This document shows positions 1 through 13,182 of a stretch of 64,000 nucleotides of DNA, in pieces. The position numbers were made by a program, and so were the translations under genes. The notes under the pieces were generated by a model. The model did not search any database and was not told where the DNA came from. It was given only the letters and a program-made list of their open reading frames with translations. The stretch spans positions 72,976,001-73,040,000 of the forward strand of contig NC_086097.1 of NCBI RefSeq assembly GCF_963921235.1. Direction: 5' to 3'. Source of the stretch: Mobula hypostoma (Eukaryota). Every line of letters begins with the position of its first letter. Positions within the stretch are counted from its first letter, which is position 1.

Positions 1-29
1 GGGAAGATGAAGTAAGACCAGTGATAGAG

Positions 30-160
30 GAGGCCCTGCTGAAGGGTCTCAGCCCGAATTGTCAACTGTTTAAATTTTTCCATAGATCCTGCCTGGCCGG
101 CTGAGTTCCTCCTGCATTTTGTGTATGTTGCTTGGATTTCCAGCATCTGCAGACTTTCTG
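30..160 (+). mobile_element. Penelope-like element 3' terminus fragment with degenerate hammerhead motif
   Basis: CTGCTGAAGGGTCTCAGCCCGAATTGTC followed by GCTGAGTTCCTCC...CCAGCATCTGCAGA, the same terminus found on the GIY-YIG elements at 36878 and 45294. Confidence 0.75.
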
Positions 161-507
161 TTGTTAGAACAGATGTGGGTGCTGTAGGTTAGGCAAGAAA
201 CTTGGGTTGTTATGGTGTAGGGTGGCTAAGACCATGAACGTTGTGAAGTCAGCTGGATAATTAGTGTTTGGGATCAGAAAATAGTTGGAAAGATCAACAG
301 TTTTTTTTATTTTTGAGCAGGTAAGTTGAGGGAATGGAACAGCCAGCATTGTATGGGGAAGAAGATCAAGAATGAAAGCAGACATCCACCTCTCCCGGAA
401 GTTCCAAGAATCTCCCACATATTGATAGTGGCTTCCTGATGCCCGCAAATTATACACAATATCCCGGAAATCGATTTTTTTGAGAGCAAGTGAGCGAGAG
501 AGAAGTG

Positions 508-509
<2 letters not shown>

Positions 510-545
<36 letters not shown>
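510..545. repeat. (GA)n microsatellite
   Basis: Perfect AG run inside the hAT element. Confidence 0.95.
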
Positions 546-550
<5 letters not shown>

Positions 551-706
551 TGTGACAGACGTAGCGAGAGAGTGACAGAGAGAGCATCCTGATTGGTCTC
601 TCTTTGTGCTAAGTAGACCTATCAATTTTCTCTGTGGGTGGGCTTTACAGTCGACCTCTCTCTCTCTTTCATTGTCCATCAGTTCAGTTTAGTGTCCTGC
701 AGCGCC

Positions 707-880
707 ATGGCAGAGTGTTCCAAAAAAAAACATAAAACGTACTTCACCCCAGAACACACTAAAGTGTACCCCTGCCTAATAGGGGTCAAAAATAATGACA
801 GTGTTACTCGCTGCACTGTTTGCAACAGTGACTTTTCTATTGCCCATGGTGGGTTAAATGACTGTAAAAGACATGTTGAC
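707..880 (+). pseudogene. hAT transposase N-terminal zinc-finger (BED-like) remnant
   Basis: MAECSKKK...RCTVCNSDFSIAHGGLNDCKRH, followed by a GTGAGT donor-like site at 881. Confidence 0.7.
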
Positions 881-920
881 GTGAGTCCTGGATTATGTCT
901 CAACTAACCTTGAAGGACTG

Positions 921-1211
921 GTGCCAAACTACAAAAGTTTGCCAGTTGATGAGTTCTGGGGGAAGCTGTCCAAAGTAAAATCTGTGAGCACAGGGCAGTT
1001 GAGATTAAAAGAGCTCTGCCAGTTGATGAAGCTGCTTTTGGTGCTGTCAAATTCTAATTGTGATGTAGAAAGGGCATTCAGCATGGTGCCTCACGTTAAA
1101 ACAGATTTCAGAAGTCAGCTGTCTCAGAAAACACTTGTGAATCTGATGTCTTGCAAAATTAACAAATTCATTGACACAGACTGCTATGAGGTTGAGACCT
1201 CCCTGAAATGA
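921..1211 (+). pseudogene. hAT transposase C-terminal dimerisation domain remnant
   Basis: DEFWGK...LLLVLSNSNCDVERAFS...KTDFRSQL matches the hAT dimerisation signature (W...ER.FS...R..L). Confidence 0.85.
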
Positions 1212-1240
1212 GTTTTTGCAGGGTGGGATGACTGTGAAAG

Positions 1241-2470
1241 GGAAGGATTTATGGATTCTGGGCCTTGATGTTGGGGTCAAGGGAAGTACCTCAGGTCAAT
1301 AATGGGGGCAAGTGGAGATTGTTGGGAAGTCTCATAAGCTGTACTTTAGACAATTGAAGCACGGAGGTAATATTCTAATAAAGTATTATGTGCTTCATCG
1401 AAGGTTATTATGGAATGTAAAAATTTACAGAGTAAGTGTTGTGTTAGTAGGGATAGATAATCACAGGGAATAGAGATTAAACATAAATGGCTCTTTTTCT
1501 GTCTGGCAGTGTATGCCACAGGGAAGAAGAAGGTGCATCTGCTGAATTTTCTGTTGACAAATTGATGCGAATGAAAAGAGCACATAAGGGGACTACACTA
1601 GTGGATAAAGATGTGCCAGACTGAACATAGTGTGGGGAAATGTAAACTGGTCTAGTGCTGCTTGAAAAGAATAAAGAATTTTATCTAAATGGCAAGAGAC
1701 CATGGAGCTCTGAGGTGCAGAGGGATCTGGGTGTTCTTAGGCAATATTCAGAAAAGTCACATACACAGGTACTGCACGTAATTAGGAAAGCAAACAGAAT
1801 ATTATTGTTGAGTGAGTTGAATGCAAAGGTAAACATGTTATGGTTTGGTTATTTATTTAGAGATCCAGCACAGAACAGGCCTACCTGACCCAACAAGTCA
1901 GGACGTCCAGCAACCTACCTATTAACACCAGCTTAATCAGAGGACAATTTACAATGAGCAATTAACCTACTAATTGGAAGGTCTTTGGACTGTGGGAGGT
2001 AACTGAAGTGCCCAGAGAAATCCATGTGGTCACGAGGAGAAGATAATGCAAGATAAATGGAGTGGAGTGTAGTGTTGGCCTCCTTGTTTAAAGAAGGATT
2101 TGTCAGAGGCAGTTCGAAGGTTTAATAGAATAATTTTGTCTTAGGAGAAAATATTGAACGGGCTGGACTTGCAGGGGTGGAGATTAGAACAATGATTGAA
2201 GCACAAACATCCTGTGAGGTCGTAATGGAGTGGAGATGGAGGGGTTGTTTCCTCCTGTGGGAGAATATAAAACAAGAGATCACTATTTAAAAATAAGAGA
2301 TGACTCACTAAAGATAAGGATGAAATGCATTTTTTTTTTGGATGTTCATGAATCTTTAGATCTCCCTTCCCCAAAGGGCAGTGGAAGCAGCCTTTGAATA
2401 TTTTTGAGGCAGAGGCGGTTAGATTCTTAATAAACAAGGGAGCAAAAGTTTAGAATGGGTAGATGGGAAA
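1241..2470 (+). mobile_element. Decayed CR1 LINE (RT C-terminus and 3' end), interrupted by a SINE
   Basis: EVQRDLGV...KAN motif in ORF 1655-1888; CR1-type 3' region. Confidence 0.7.
1849..2042 (-). mobile_element. HE1-like V-SINE fragment
   Basis: GTCTTTGGACTGTGGGAGG (V-domain, reverse) and GGACAATTTACAATGA; homologous to 32791 and 53677. Confidence 0.75.
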
Positions 2471-2493
2471 GTGGAATTAAGGTTACAGCCATC

Positions 2494-5400
2494 TAGAACA
2501 TAGAACAGTACAGCATAGGAACAAGGCCCTCAGTCCACAATGTTGTGCCGAGCCAATTAACTTAGTCGTCATATGGCCAACTAAGCTAATCTCTTCTGTC
2601 TGCACAATGCCCATATTCTTTCACTTTTCTCACATTCAAGTGCCTATAGAACTGTCTCTTGAAAATTCTTAATGTTTCTGCCTCCAACTCTACACCAGGC
2701 AATGCATTCCACACACCCACGACTCACTGTGCAAAAAACATGTCCTTCATATCTCCTTTGAAATTACCCTCTCTCACCATAAACAGATGGCCTCTGGTAT
2801 TAGACATTTCAACCCTGTAAAAATTATACTCCGTCTACTCTAACTACCCCTCTCATAATCTTACAAATCTCCATCAGATCTCCCCTCAGTATCCACCACT
2901 CCAGAGAAAATAATCCATGTTTGTCCAACCTCTCGTTAAAGCACATGCCCTCTAATCCAGGCAATATCCTCTCTAAAGCCTTGACATCCTTTCATAATGG
3001 AGTGACCAGAACTGTCTGCAACACTCCAGATGTGGCTTAGAGTTTTATAAATCTGCAACATAACTTACTGATTTTTAACTGAAGCCTCAACCAATAAAAG
3101 CGAGCATGTTATATGCCTTTTCAATCAACCTATCAACTTGTGAAGCCACTTTCAGGGAATTATGAACTTGTACCCCAAGGTCCCTCTGCACATCAACATT
3201 GAAAAGGGTCTTGGCCTTAACACTGTACAATATCTTTATACTTGACCTACCAAGGTGCAGCATTCACACTTATTTGCATTAAATATCATCTACCATTTCT
3301 ACCATTTCTCTGCTCATATCTGCAATTGATCTATATCCTGCTGTCAGACATCTACACTATCCACAACTCCACCAACCTTGATATCCTCTGCAGATTTACT
3401 AACCCACCCATCATCCAAGTCATTTATATACATCACAAACTGCAGAGGTCTCAGTACAGATCCCTGCAGAACACCATTAATCACAGAACTCCAGCTAGAA
3501 CAAGTCCCTTTGAACTCTGCCCTCTGCTTTCTATGAAAAGCCAGTTCTCAGTCCAAACAGCCAGTTCAACATGGATCCCATGTATCTTAATCTTCTGGAT
3601 GAGGGACCAGGTATCTTAATGTTCTTCATGAAGGACTTTGTCAAACGCCTTACTAAAATCCATGTAGACAACATCCACAGATCAACCTTGATCAAACATC
3701 TTCATCTCCTCTTCCATAAGTTTAATCAAGTTGGCAAGACATGACTTGTTCCGCAAAAAGCCATGCTGGCTCTTCCTAATTAGGCCATGGTTTTCCAAAT
3801 GCTCATAAATCCTATCCCTAAGAATTCATTTCAGGGAATTCTTTACCACTCATGTGAGATTCCCGGTGTATAGTTTCCAGCATTATCCCTGTTTCCCTTC
3901 TGGAATAATGGAACAACATTAGCTACTTGCCAGTCCTCTGGAACCTCACCTGTAGCTAGAGAGGACATGAAGATATTGATCAAGGCCCCAGCAATCTTTT
4001 CTGTCGCTCCTTTCAATAACCTGGGGTAAATCTCATCAGGCCCTGGATAATTAGCCATCTCAATGCTGCTCACAGACTCAACACTACCTCCACCTTTCCC
4101 TCAACATTCCCTGGGCATATCACTATGCTTGGTACAGATCTTCCTATCCTCCACATCCTTCTCCTTGTTAAATACTGATGTAGAGTACACATTAAGACCC
4201 TCACTCACATCTTCAACATCCATGCAAATGTTCCCCTTTTCATCCTTGAGTGGCCCTACCCTCTCCTTTGTTATTTTCTTTCTCTTGATGTATGTATAGA
4301 ATGCCCTGGGATTCCTTTTAATCCTACTAGCCAATCCTACGTGGCCCATCTTGGCTTTCCAAATTCTCTCCGAGTTCTTTTCTGACTTCTTTATAATCTT
4401 CCAGGGCTCTGTTTGACTTCAGCTTCCTAAGCTTTACATACTTTTTCATTTTCTTCTTGACTCAACTAATCACCTCTCTTCACACCCAAGGTGCTCTTAT
4501 CTTGCCTTCCTATTGACTGGAATATACCTGTCCTGTACTCATGCAGTTAATCTTTAAACAGCCTCCACATGTCAGATATGTTTCCAGTTAACTCCCCCTA
4601 GCTCCTATCTAATTCTCATAATTTGCACTGCTTCAATTTAATACTCTCCTGCAAGGACCATACTTATTCTTATGTATAGCTATATTAAAAACTTAAGGAG
4701 TTGTGGTCACTATTTCTTAGCTGTTCACCCATTGAACAGTCTGTCACCTGGCCAAGCGTGTTACCCAACACGTGATCCACTACAGCACCGCCCGCCTTTT
4801 GTGGATCTAAGAAACACTCCTAGATACACCTAACAAATTCTGCCCCATCTAAACCTTTTGTACCAAGAACATCCCAGTTTATATTACGGAAATTGAAATC
4901 TCCGATGACATGGTAGAAAAGGGGAAAAAGTCCTGCTCTTCATCCTTTATACTCATTGCACAGGACCTCTTCCCCTTTTCTACCATGTCATTGGTGCCAC
5001 TGTGCACCACAATCTCTGACTGCTCATCCTCCCCATCGATAATCTTCTGCAGCCAGCCCTGAATCCTAGCACCTGGGAGGCAACACACCATCCTGGTGTC
5101 TTTTTCTTGGCCACAGAATCTCCTGCCAACCCCCTGACTATCAAGTAGTCTATCACTATCACTCTGCCTGACTTGTCCCTTTTGTGCTGAGTCTCTGAGC
5201 TGGCCACAGTGTAACTGGCCCGGCTGCTGCTGTCCCTGACAGGTTATTCCCCCCAACAGTATCTGGAGGGGTATACTTGCTGCAGAGTGGAATGGCCACA
5301 GTGAACTTCGCATTGTCTGCTTACTCCTCTTGGTGGTCACCCATCTGCTACAGTATCTGAAGTCTGCACTCTGGGTGTGATCTGCTTAGTAAAAATTTAA

Positions 5401-5700
5401 TCTAGGAGATTTCTAGCATCCTAGTGATCCTGAGTACATCCAGCTTCAACTCCAATTCCTTGACCTTGTCAGTCAGGAGCTGAAATTGGTGTTTTCCTGC
5501 AGATGTAATTATCAAGGGGACTGTTAGGTACCCTGAAATCCCAGGTCTTACAGGAGGATTTTTCCACTGCCTTAATACCATCCTGCTTATGCTGAATTAA
5601 GGGCAAAAGATTTATAGACACCAAAAAGAATCTTACCTGTTCTTACCTATCTCTCTGAAACCTTTGACTTACTCAGCCTCTTTGCACTGAGCTTGTTGTG
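2494..5700 (-). mobile_element. CR1 LINE, long decayed copy with ORF1 esterase region, ORF2 RT and 3' tail
   Basis: PGPDEIYPRLLK, VPEDWQVANVVPLFQKG, NPRAFYTYIK; SGNH-like VCCLPGARI...VVHSGTND at ~4980-5160; TAGAACATAGAACA tail at 2495. Confidence 0.9.
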
Positions 5701-6704
5701 CCTTTAGTTCTAGTTTCTTAAGCTTACATTTGGCAATCAAATAAATGATTCGAAACATATCTGGTCCCTTAGCCTCCACCTGTTCTTGTTAAACCCTGTT
5801 GAGCCAAAGCCCCCCACTCTAATCCTGGCCCACTCCAACAATGGCCATGATCAGTTCAACTATGACCCTTTTAAATGGCAGCTCTGGTATGAGGGGCCAG
5901 GCAGCTTACTCTGTTCCTAATCAGCATGATTGTCTTTGATCCAAGAAGCTTATCTAGCTCTTCACTATCAATGATTGTGTCACTTGTCCAGTAATCTCAC
6001 TCCTCTTTTCCATTTATAACCCTTGATGAATAAAAGTAAGAAGTGAAAGTTTATTTTTACACAGAAGTTACAGGTGGTTGAAATAAAGATGTGATTGCTT
6101 TTGCGCATTGATTTTGGCTTGATATCTATGTCAGATCTATAATTTACATCAGGCTATTTATTAACCATATACAATAACATTAGGGTAGCAACCTTTGATT
6201 CATGGCTAAAATAAATTATGGCTTTCATTATTGTTTATTCACCTATACCTAATAGTTTCAAATATTTGTCTCTTGATGTTTTTTGATTGCATTCCATCTG
6301 ATATATTTGGATGAGAAGTAACTTCAATAAAACCTATGTCGTGGAATTGGCGGTCTGTGGCAAAGGAATAAGACTCACCACAGGCCTCAAAAGGAAGTTG
6401 TCTGCAAATATATATGGAGTCCTGGAGGGTCCATTTCTCCAATTCTCTTATGACTTTCAATCTGCCAGCTTCTCTAAGGGATTTGTGTTATCCAGCAGTG
6501 GCAGTAGTCATCAATCTGCCAATCAGATAACAAGTGAGATAGTTCCTCTTTTATTCCTTTTATATTAAATATGTTAACATCTGAAGTGTACACATACATC
6601 AAAGTCGATGAAAATAGAAAAACCTTAATTTTTATTATTTTATAAATCACAGAGTTTTATCTAAGGGAATGATACTGTATTTGTAATGGTTTATAGGGAT
6701 AGCC

Positions 6705-6931
6705 AAAAAACAGAATGCTGGAAGAACTCAACCAGTCAAGTACCATCTGTGGTAACAGAAGGTGTCTGATTCAGGATCTTAAACCGAAACACTCACTTAC
6801 ACCAAGCCTCCATTTTGGGTGAAGACCTTGCATCAGGACAACATCATTAATCTCTACAGATGCTGCCTGGCTCTCTGAGTTCTTCCAGCATTCTGTTTCC
6901 TGTTCCAGATGCCAGCATCTGCAGTTTCTTT
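6705..6931. mobile_element. Short palindromic PLE-terminus-derived element
   Basis: Arms CAGAATGCTGGAAGAACTCA and TGAGTTCTTCCAGCATTCTG; two degenerate hammerhead motifs inside on opposite strands. Confidence 0.7.
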
Positions 6932-7019
6932 TATCCCCAGGGTATGACAATTTGTTCGCAATGATCATGGGTTAATAATCCTGTTAAGTAGGCATACATA
7001 AAACACTATTGGAAAGTCA

Positions 7020-7342
7020 TTTCTCCGATCAGATTCCTCCTTCTTCAGCCCTTTACGTTTTCTAGCTATCACCTCCCAGGTTCTGAATTCATTCCCCCTC
7101 CCCCACCCACCCACATTCACCCTCACCAGGTTTCACCTATTATCCGTCAGCATGTTCTCCTTCCTCTCCTTCCAACTTCTTACTCTGACTTCTCCCCCCT
7201 TCATTTCCAGTCCTGACAAAGGATCTCAGCCTGAAATGTTGACCATTTATTCCTCTCTGTAGATGCACCCTGACCTGCTGAGTTTCTCCTGCATTTTGTG
7301 CGTGATGCACTGTATTTCCAGCATCAGCAGAATCTCTTTTGT
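7020..7342 (+). mobile_element. Penelope-like element 3' terminal repeat fragment
   Basis: Pyrimidine-rich tract, then AGTCCTGACAAAGGATCTCAGCCTGAAATGTTGACC and the CCTGCTGAGTT tail. Confidence 0.8.
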
Positions 7343-7654
7343 GCACCTCAGCAGTCCTGAGTCTGGGGGAGTGAGGATGATGGATACTGGGGTTCTGAAA
7401 TCATCTTACTGGCAAGAGGGTGCAAAAATAAAACTCAAATATAAAGCAGCACTGAGCAATTAACGCCAAAGCAGACCTCCACTGCAATATGAGCGTCTGC
7501 CTCATCTTCAGTGTCTGACGCTGTCCACCAGGGTGAAAAGCAATTCCATCGATTGCCTACTGTAGCTTCTGTTCTGGGCTCTCCATGCATCAATATATCA
7601 CACACAGACAGATGCTGGAAGTAATTTACCATTGCTTAGGATCTGCACAATTTA

Positions 7655-8025
7655 CCTTATTGACGCCATAAGATAATGAGGAGCATAGACAGACTAGGCA
7701 GCCAATATCTGTTTCCCAGGGTTGAAATGTCTAATACCAATGGACATGTATTTAAAGTCAGAGGGTATGCTCAAAGGAAATATGCAGGGCAAGATTTTTT
7801 TTACACAGATAGTTGCAGGTGACAGAAATGCATTGCCAGGGGTGATAGTGCAGGCAAATGCAATAGTAACGTTTTAAAATCTCTTGCTAAGCATGTGAAT
7901 ATTGCAGGCAATGGAGGGATATTCATTGTGTAGGCAGAACAGATTAGTTTGGTGTTTAATTACCAGTTTATTAATTCAATAACACATGGGCCCAAGAGCC
8001 TGTTCTGTGCTGTACTGGTCCATGT
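7655..8025 (+). mobile_element. CR1 LINE 3' end
   Basis: TTTCCCAGGGTTGAAATGTCTAATACC...GGGCCCAAGAGCCTGTTCTGTGCTGTAC; homologous to 36290-36815. Confidence 0.8.
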
Positions 8026-10224
8026 TAAATAAGCAGTCACTCTCAATGATCTGTTTTCAGAATTCAATCATATGGCCCAGGGAAAATCCCATTGTGTGCT
8101 TACCCCCACCCCACCAAGCATCATCAGGATATTTTGTGGCTGTGAATTTATTTTTCTTTTGTCCCTGTTGGTCTGGTGTTTTTCCTACAGAAATATACAA
8201 TAAAATGCCAATGCAGTAAAGTGAATGAAACATATTATGACCTTTTTGTGGAGCACACATATATATCAAAGGCAGTAAGGCAATTTTAAGGTAAGAAGAC
8301 CAGTAACATAATACAGAGAGTATAGTTAGTGCTTTCTTTCCATATCCCTCAGCCCTAGCTTCACAGCTTTGCTACAATCTTTCAGACTATTATCTTCCCA
8401 TAATTTTGCTTTCTCCTTCACTTTCATTTCATCTTTGTTGAATTCCTTGGCCTGGTCACCCCCACCCTGCCCATGCACAGCTCTCCTCTGCACCTTATTG
8501 TGTCTTTATTACTTTTGCCATTTCCCCTTGGACATCATTATCTCTTTCCCCCTGTATTCCAGTCTTGACAAAATGGTTTTCAGGATCGGACAACATGGAG
8601 CTCTCCTCAGTGCAGGCAGTATGTCATTTCTCATCCATGAAGCTAAAACCTTTATTGTCCGATGCATATAGAATATCTGTGAGTGCTGGGAAAAGGAGAT
8701 AATTGTGAAAATCCACATCTGACAAAGGATCACAGGGAAAAAGAATGATTTTCCCACTTGCTGACCTGGGGTACTCATTCGGTATTGCGGACTATTTCAG
8801 AAGTGGATGCTTTGTTGTTTTCGTTCCCTCAGCTGAGCTGTCACTGGTGAGTCTGGAACTGCTAATACTGTCTTTGTATTCTCAGTTAAGGTAATGGGAG
8901 TTCAGCTGTCAACTACTTTCTGAAATGACTTCCAAAAATTGTGTATGCATTGTTGTAGATAAATATCTAATTTGCATTTATATAAAAAAAATTATGTTGC
9001 CTGTGGGAGGCCAGCAGATGAATACTAAACATCGATGCGGATGACTGGTATGTCAGTTCAAAACCTGCTTAGCTGCCAGTTGTGTACAAGCAATGAATTG
9101 ATATATGAAGCCCTCTTCTGGTAACTCACCATCCCTTCTCTTGGCAGGCTTATTTCAGAAAGTTATTTCATGTACCATGCCTCTACTAAATGGCAACGAA
9201 AATAAGGGCTGGAACTTACTAATGTTTAGTAATGTTTTAAGCTAACAGCTTACTGTGCACGGCCATAAGCAGGTTGCATCTGAAGCTTTGTTGTTCAATG
9301 TTCCCTCAAGCAGGAAAAGCACACTGCCAACTTGCTCTCTGCATTGAACTGTATAGCCCACAGGCAACACCTATAAATACATAGAAAATTAAGACTACTT
9401 ACAAGGCACAAATGGTCAGGTTGAAATTATTAATCCATTGTCAGGAGTACAGTGTGAGGGTGTTATAGCTCTTGCTTTCAGTAGGCCGTTCACTTGTTTG
9501 TACAGCTGCCAAACAATCCTAGACCAGATATGGGTCAGAAAGCTCAGGTTACTTGTTACATGTCTGACATGCCAAAAAAATGAAAGTGTGCCAATTTTGT
9601 TTTACTTTCTTGAAGATCTTCCCTTTTGTGTTTTACTATTAGATCCAACACTTAAATGTCATGCTGTGAGGAATGCTCACTGAGAGTTATTTCACTTTGT
9701 AGGTGTAAATGTGAGGACACGTCCCTCCGAACCCCTCACACTAATTCACAGATGGCTAGATTTGTATCATATTAATAGATGCCTTGAAGTGAATTTGCTC
9801 CCTCATGTAGATAAATGTTTCTTCTGCAGAAAAATTATACCTTCTGGTAGGAAATTTGCAAGGCCTTCTTGTTAATTTTATAAGATAATTCTAGACAATT
9901 CAAAAAGGTTAGTATATGGTACTGAAATGAAATGCATTGTTGCATCCATCAATGTTGCTTGGAACTAGTGTGCTGGGATTAAGTGAGAGGTTCGGTTTAC
10001 TATATCCTTGCTCTACACTATCCTAATGAAACAATTCAATTTTGAGGAGTTTCACCCCATTAGTTTGTAAATAAATAATTAAGGAGCACATGAGAAACAT
10101 GTATTTCTGTGTTCTATAAATATAGGATGCAGGGGAAGGCATGGTAGTTATTGAAACAGTGTGCAATTAATTTTGGATTGCTTTTTGAAGTAGCTGGTAC
10201 AAATATAATAGTCTGAATGAAAAA

Positions 10225-10608
10225 TTGGTTTTATTACAGTTCCTTGCACTGAGGTACAGTGAAAAAGATTGTTTTATATGCCATCCGTACAGATCATTTT
10301 ATTACTGCAGTGCGTTGAGTTAGAACAAAGTTCAAAGTAAATTTGATTATCAAGGTGTGTATGTGTCACCATATACTACATTGAGATTAATTTTCTTGTA
10401 ATAAACAATAACAGAAAGCATAATAAAGTGTTGGGGTTATAGAGGAAGTGCAGTGCAAGCATACAATAAGGTGCAAGGCTACAACAAAGTAGGTATGAGA
10501 TCAAAATTTCATCTTATCATACTGGGGGGCCATTGAATAGTCTTACAACAGCGGGATTGAAGCTGTCCTTGAGCCTGGTGGTATAAGCTTTCAGGCTTTT
10601 GTATCCTT
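10225..10608 (-). mobile_element. Rex1/L2-type LINE 3' tail fragments
   Basis: AAGCTGTCCTTGAGCCTGGTGGTA...CAGGCTTTTGTATC is the reverse of the Rex1-like 3' end also seen at 17660-18260. Confidence 0.6.
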
Positions 10609-12914
10609 CTGTGCTATCTGTATGAAGCTTTCAATTAATTTTCGTCTTCATTGCTGGGTAAATGTTGCAGTTAGGATGAGCTTCTGAGATAACATATCAC
10701 TGTTGGTGGCAGCTGGAAAAGCAGCCATTGTGTCTGTTTCCAGGAATTTGCATGTTACAATCTAAACATTAGATCAGATGATCACTATTCACAGTGGCAA
10801 TTTCTTTACTGCTGGAGCTTATCACACACAGATGTTCAAGATAAACTGAGTTTGTATTCATGTTACGTGTACTAATGTGCCATTAGTTTGTTTATCCAGC
10901 AATAGTAATGATGACACTCTAACTCTGAATTAGAATTAGAGCAATGTGAATTCATCTTGTCAATACTAACTTGAAATTGCTTTACTTGAACAGATTGGTT
11001 TTCATTTTTACATATTTATGAGTGAACATTTATACTATTTGTATGATTTCTTCTGTTTATTATTTTAATGGAGACCTTAGCAAATTTAAAATAAATTCAT
11101 GAATATTTCCATTGAATAACGGACGGGAGGATGTCATACAAATCTGTCACATCTGTTAGTGTGATCAACAGGCATTTCTTGGTTTATTAGTATGTTGTAG
11201 GATTTCCAAATCACAATTACAAATGTGTTCTTGCTCTTTTTAAAACTTGTTCAATTTCTCATGGAGCACCTTGTTAGAACTGAGAATGCGAGCAGTTAAT
11301 AAACAGCTGCTATATGAATGCATTTATAAAGTGAAGTTTGTGAAGGAGGCTGAAGCAGATGGAGCAGATGTGTGTGAGGATGACAGAGCTAATTAAATCC
11401 ACAGCTGCCCCTACTAGATTGGAAAGCTAGGGGATCTCTGAAGGGTGGAACACAAGCATGCAAAGATTGTTTTTAAAAGATAGTGTCACATATATTACCA
11501 AACCACTTGGAAGTAGGCATGGAAGTTAGACACTTCAAACTAGGTTGATCTTTAAAGGATAGAGTCAAAGTCCAAAAACACTTCAGGTTTAAAATCCTCA
11601 TCAATTTTTTAAGTCTCTTCACTGTCCCTCCTCAACCTTTGCCTATGATGTCTTCTAGTTCAAGAGTTCCCTGTGGGCTCCTTTTCTTTAACTTGGAGCT
11701 TCTGTGCATTCCTGTTTTCCTTCACTCCTCATTCCCAGCCATCTCTTAAACTGGAACCTCCACATGAACCTTCTTTATCTCCTCACTTTTCTTCCCTCTT
11801 TCAAGTCATTCCTTAAGTTCCTTGATCAAATTTTTGATCACCAATCCTGGAATCTCCTTATGCAGTTTGTGCCAATGTTTGAGTGTTGTGCTTCTGCCAA
11901 GCACCTGGGAGATCTGTTAAAAGAACCATGTAACTGTAATCTAGTAATGTTGCTGGAACTGGACAAGCATTTACAATAGAATTTTAACAGAAGGATTTGA
12001 CAGCTCTCTTGGTGGGAAAGGCATAACAAGCCACAAGCGTCTGCCAGCAGCCATTCGTGACACTTGGAAAAACAAATGATTTCTGGGAGGCAGTAAGATA
12101 AAGAATCAACCCAAGGGAGCATTTATCTTTTTACAAGGGGAAAGCAAGAATCTGCCATCTTCAATATAGAACTACCATGCAGTTTCTGAACACTTCAACT
12201 CTGATCATGCTCAGAGACAGGAATAGAGTTAGAAGTGGAAATGTGCCCTAATGATTGGAGGGGGAGGAATAAACTGTTTTACAATAGTTGAGTGCTAAGG
12301 GGGAAGCAAAGGAAAATGAGTCCCCTACCAGACTCTATTTCAGTTAGGTGGAAAGAAGACGTGAATTTCAACACTTCGGTTTTCCATCATTTTCTACTGC
12401 TAAATTTTTGTTATTCAACTTGGTTTCTATCCTCCGCATACATAAATATCTGTTTATTTGAGCCTGTAAATACTTTTGTGCTATCTGTTTCACATATTTT
12501 GGAGACATGAGATATCAACCTTCAGGAGGCCCAGGAGAATGCTTCATGGCTCTTGGTTTCACTTTCCTATATTTTCATTCATTTCCCATGACCAGAGGGT
12601 TGAACCAGCATTGGAATTCATTCCAATCATCTATTACAGCTTTGGCACTGCCCTGGAATCTCAGCAAGATGGCTGTAATGTCACCATTTTGGCACTTGTA
12701 AAGTGATCTCCAATGTGTGATAATGACTCCTGATGATGTGATAAAGGTTCGAAAGGAACACTGAAATAGTGAACACTCCATGGCTGAGCTTTGTGTATCT
12801 CTGTTGCAAAACAAATTTCAACAGTCGCACATATATTTCTCTACTACCACACGGAAATATAGATTTTGCCCTAACACATTAGCTTTATACGCTATTTAAG
12901 CCTTAATATTTAAA

Positions 12915-13182
12915 CCATAAGACTACAAGACACAGGAGCAGAATTAGGCTACTCTGCCCATCGAGTCTGTTCTGCCTTCAATTATGGTTGACTTATTTTC
13001 CTTCTGTACCCATTCTCCTGCCTGGAAGACTCTTATTAATCAAGAACTTACCAACTTCCACTTTGAAAACATGCAGGGACTTGGCCTCCACAGCCATCTG
13101 TGCCAGTGAACTCCACAGAAATGAACTCCACTGCTTTACTACCATCTGGTTAAAGAAATTCCTCATCATCTCTGTTCTAAAA
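12915..13182 (-). mobile_element. CR1 LINE 3' end
   Basis: ACCATAAGAC...GGAGCAGAATTAGGC is the reverse complement of the CR1 tail at 25350-25400. Confidence 0.8.

Larger units (their letters stand above)
379..1234 (+). mobile_element. Internally deleted hAT DNA transposon
   Basis: Imperfect TIRs CAGACATCC (379) and GGATGACTG (ends 1234); direct repeat TGAAAG at 373-378 and 1235-1240; transposase fragments inside. Confidence 0.85.

Noticed and set aside
164..679. 171-aa minus-strand ORF
   Set aside because: Reads through the (GA)n microsatellite (LSLSLS) and across a transposon boundary; no domain signature
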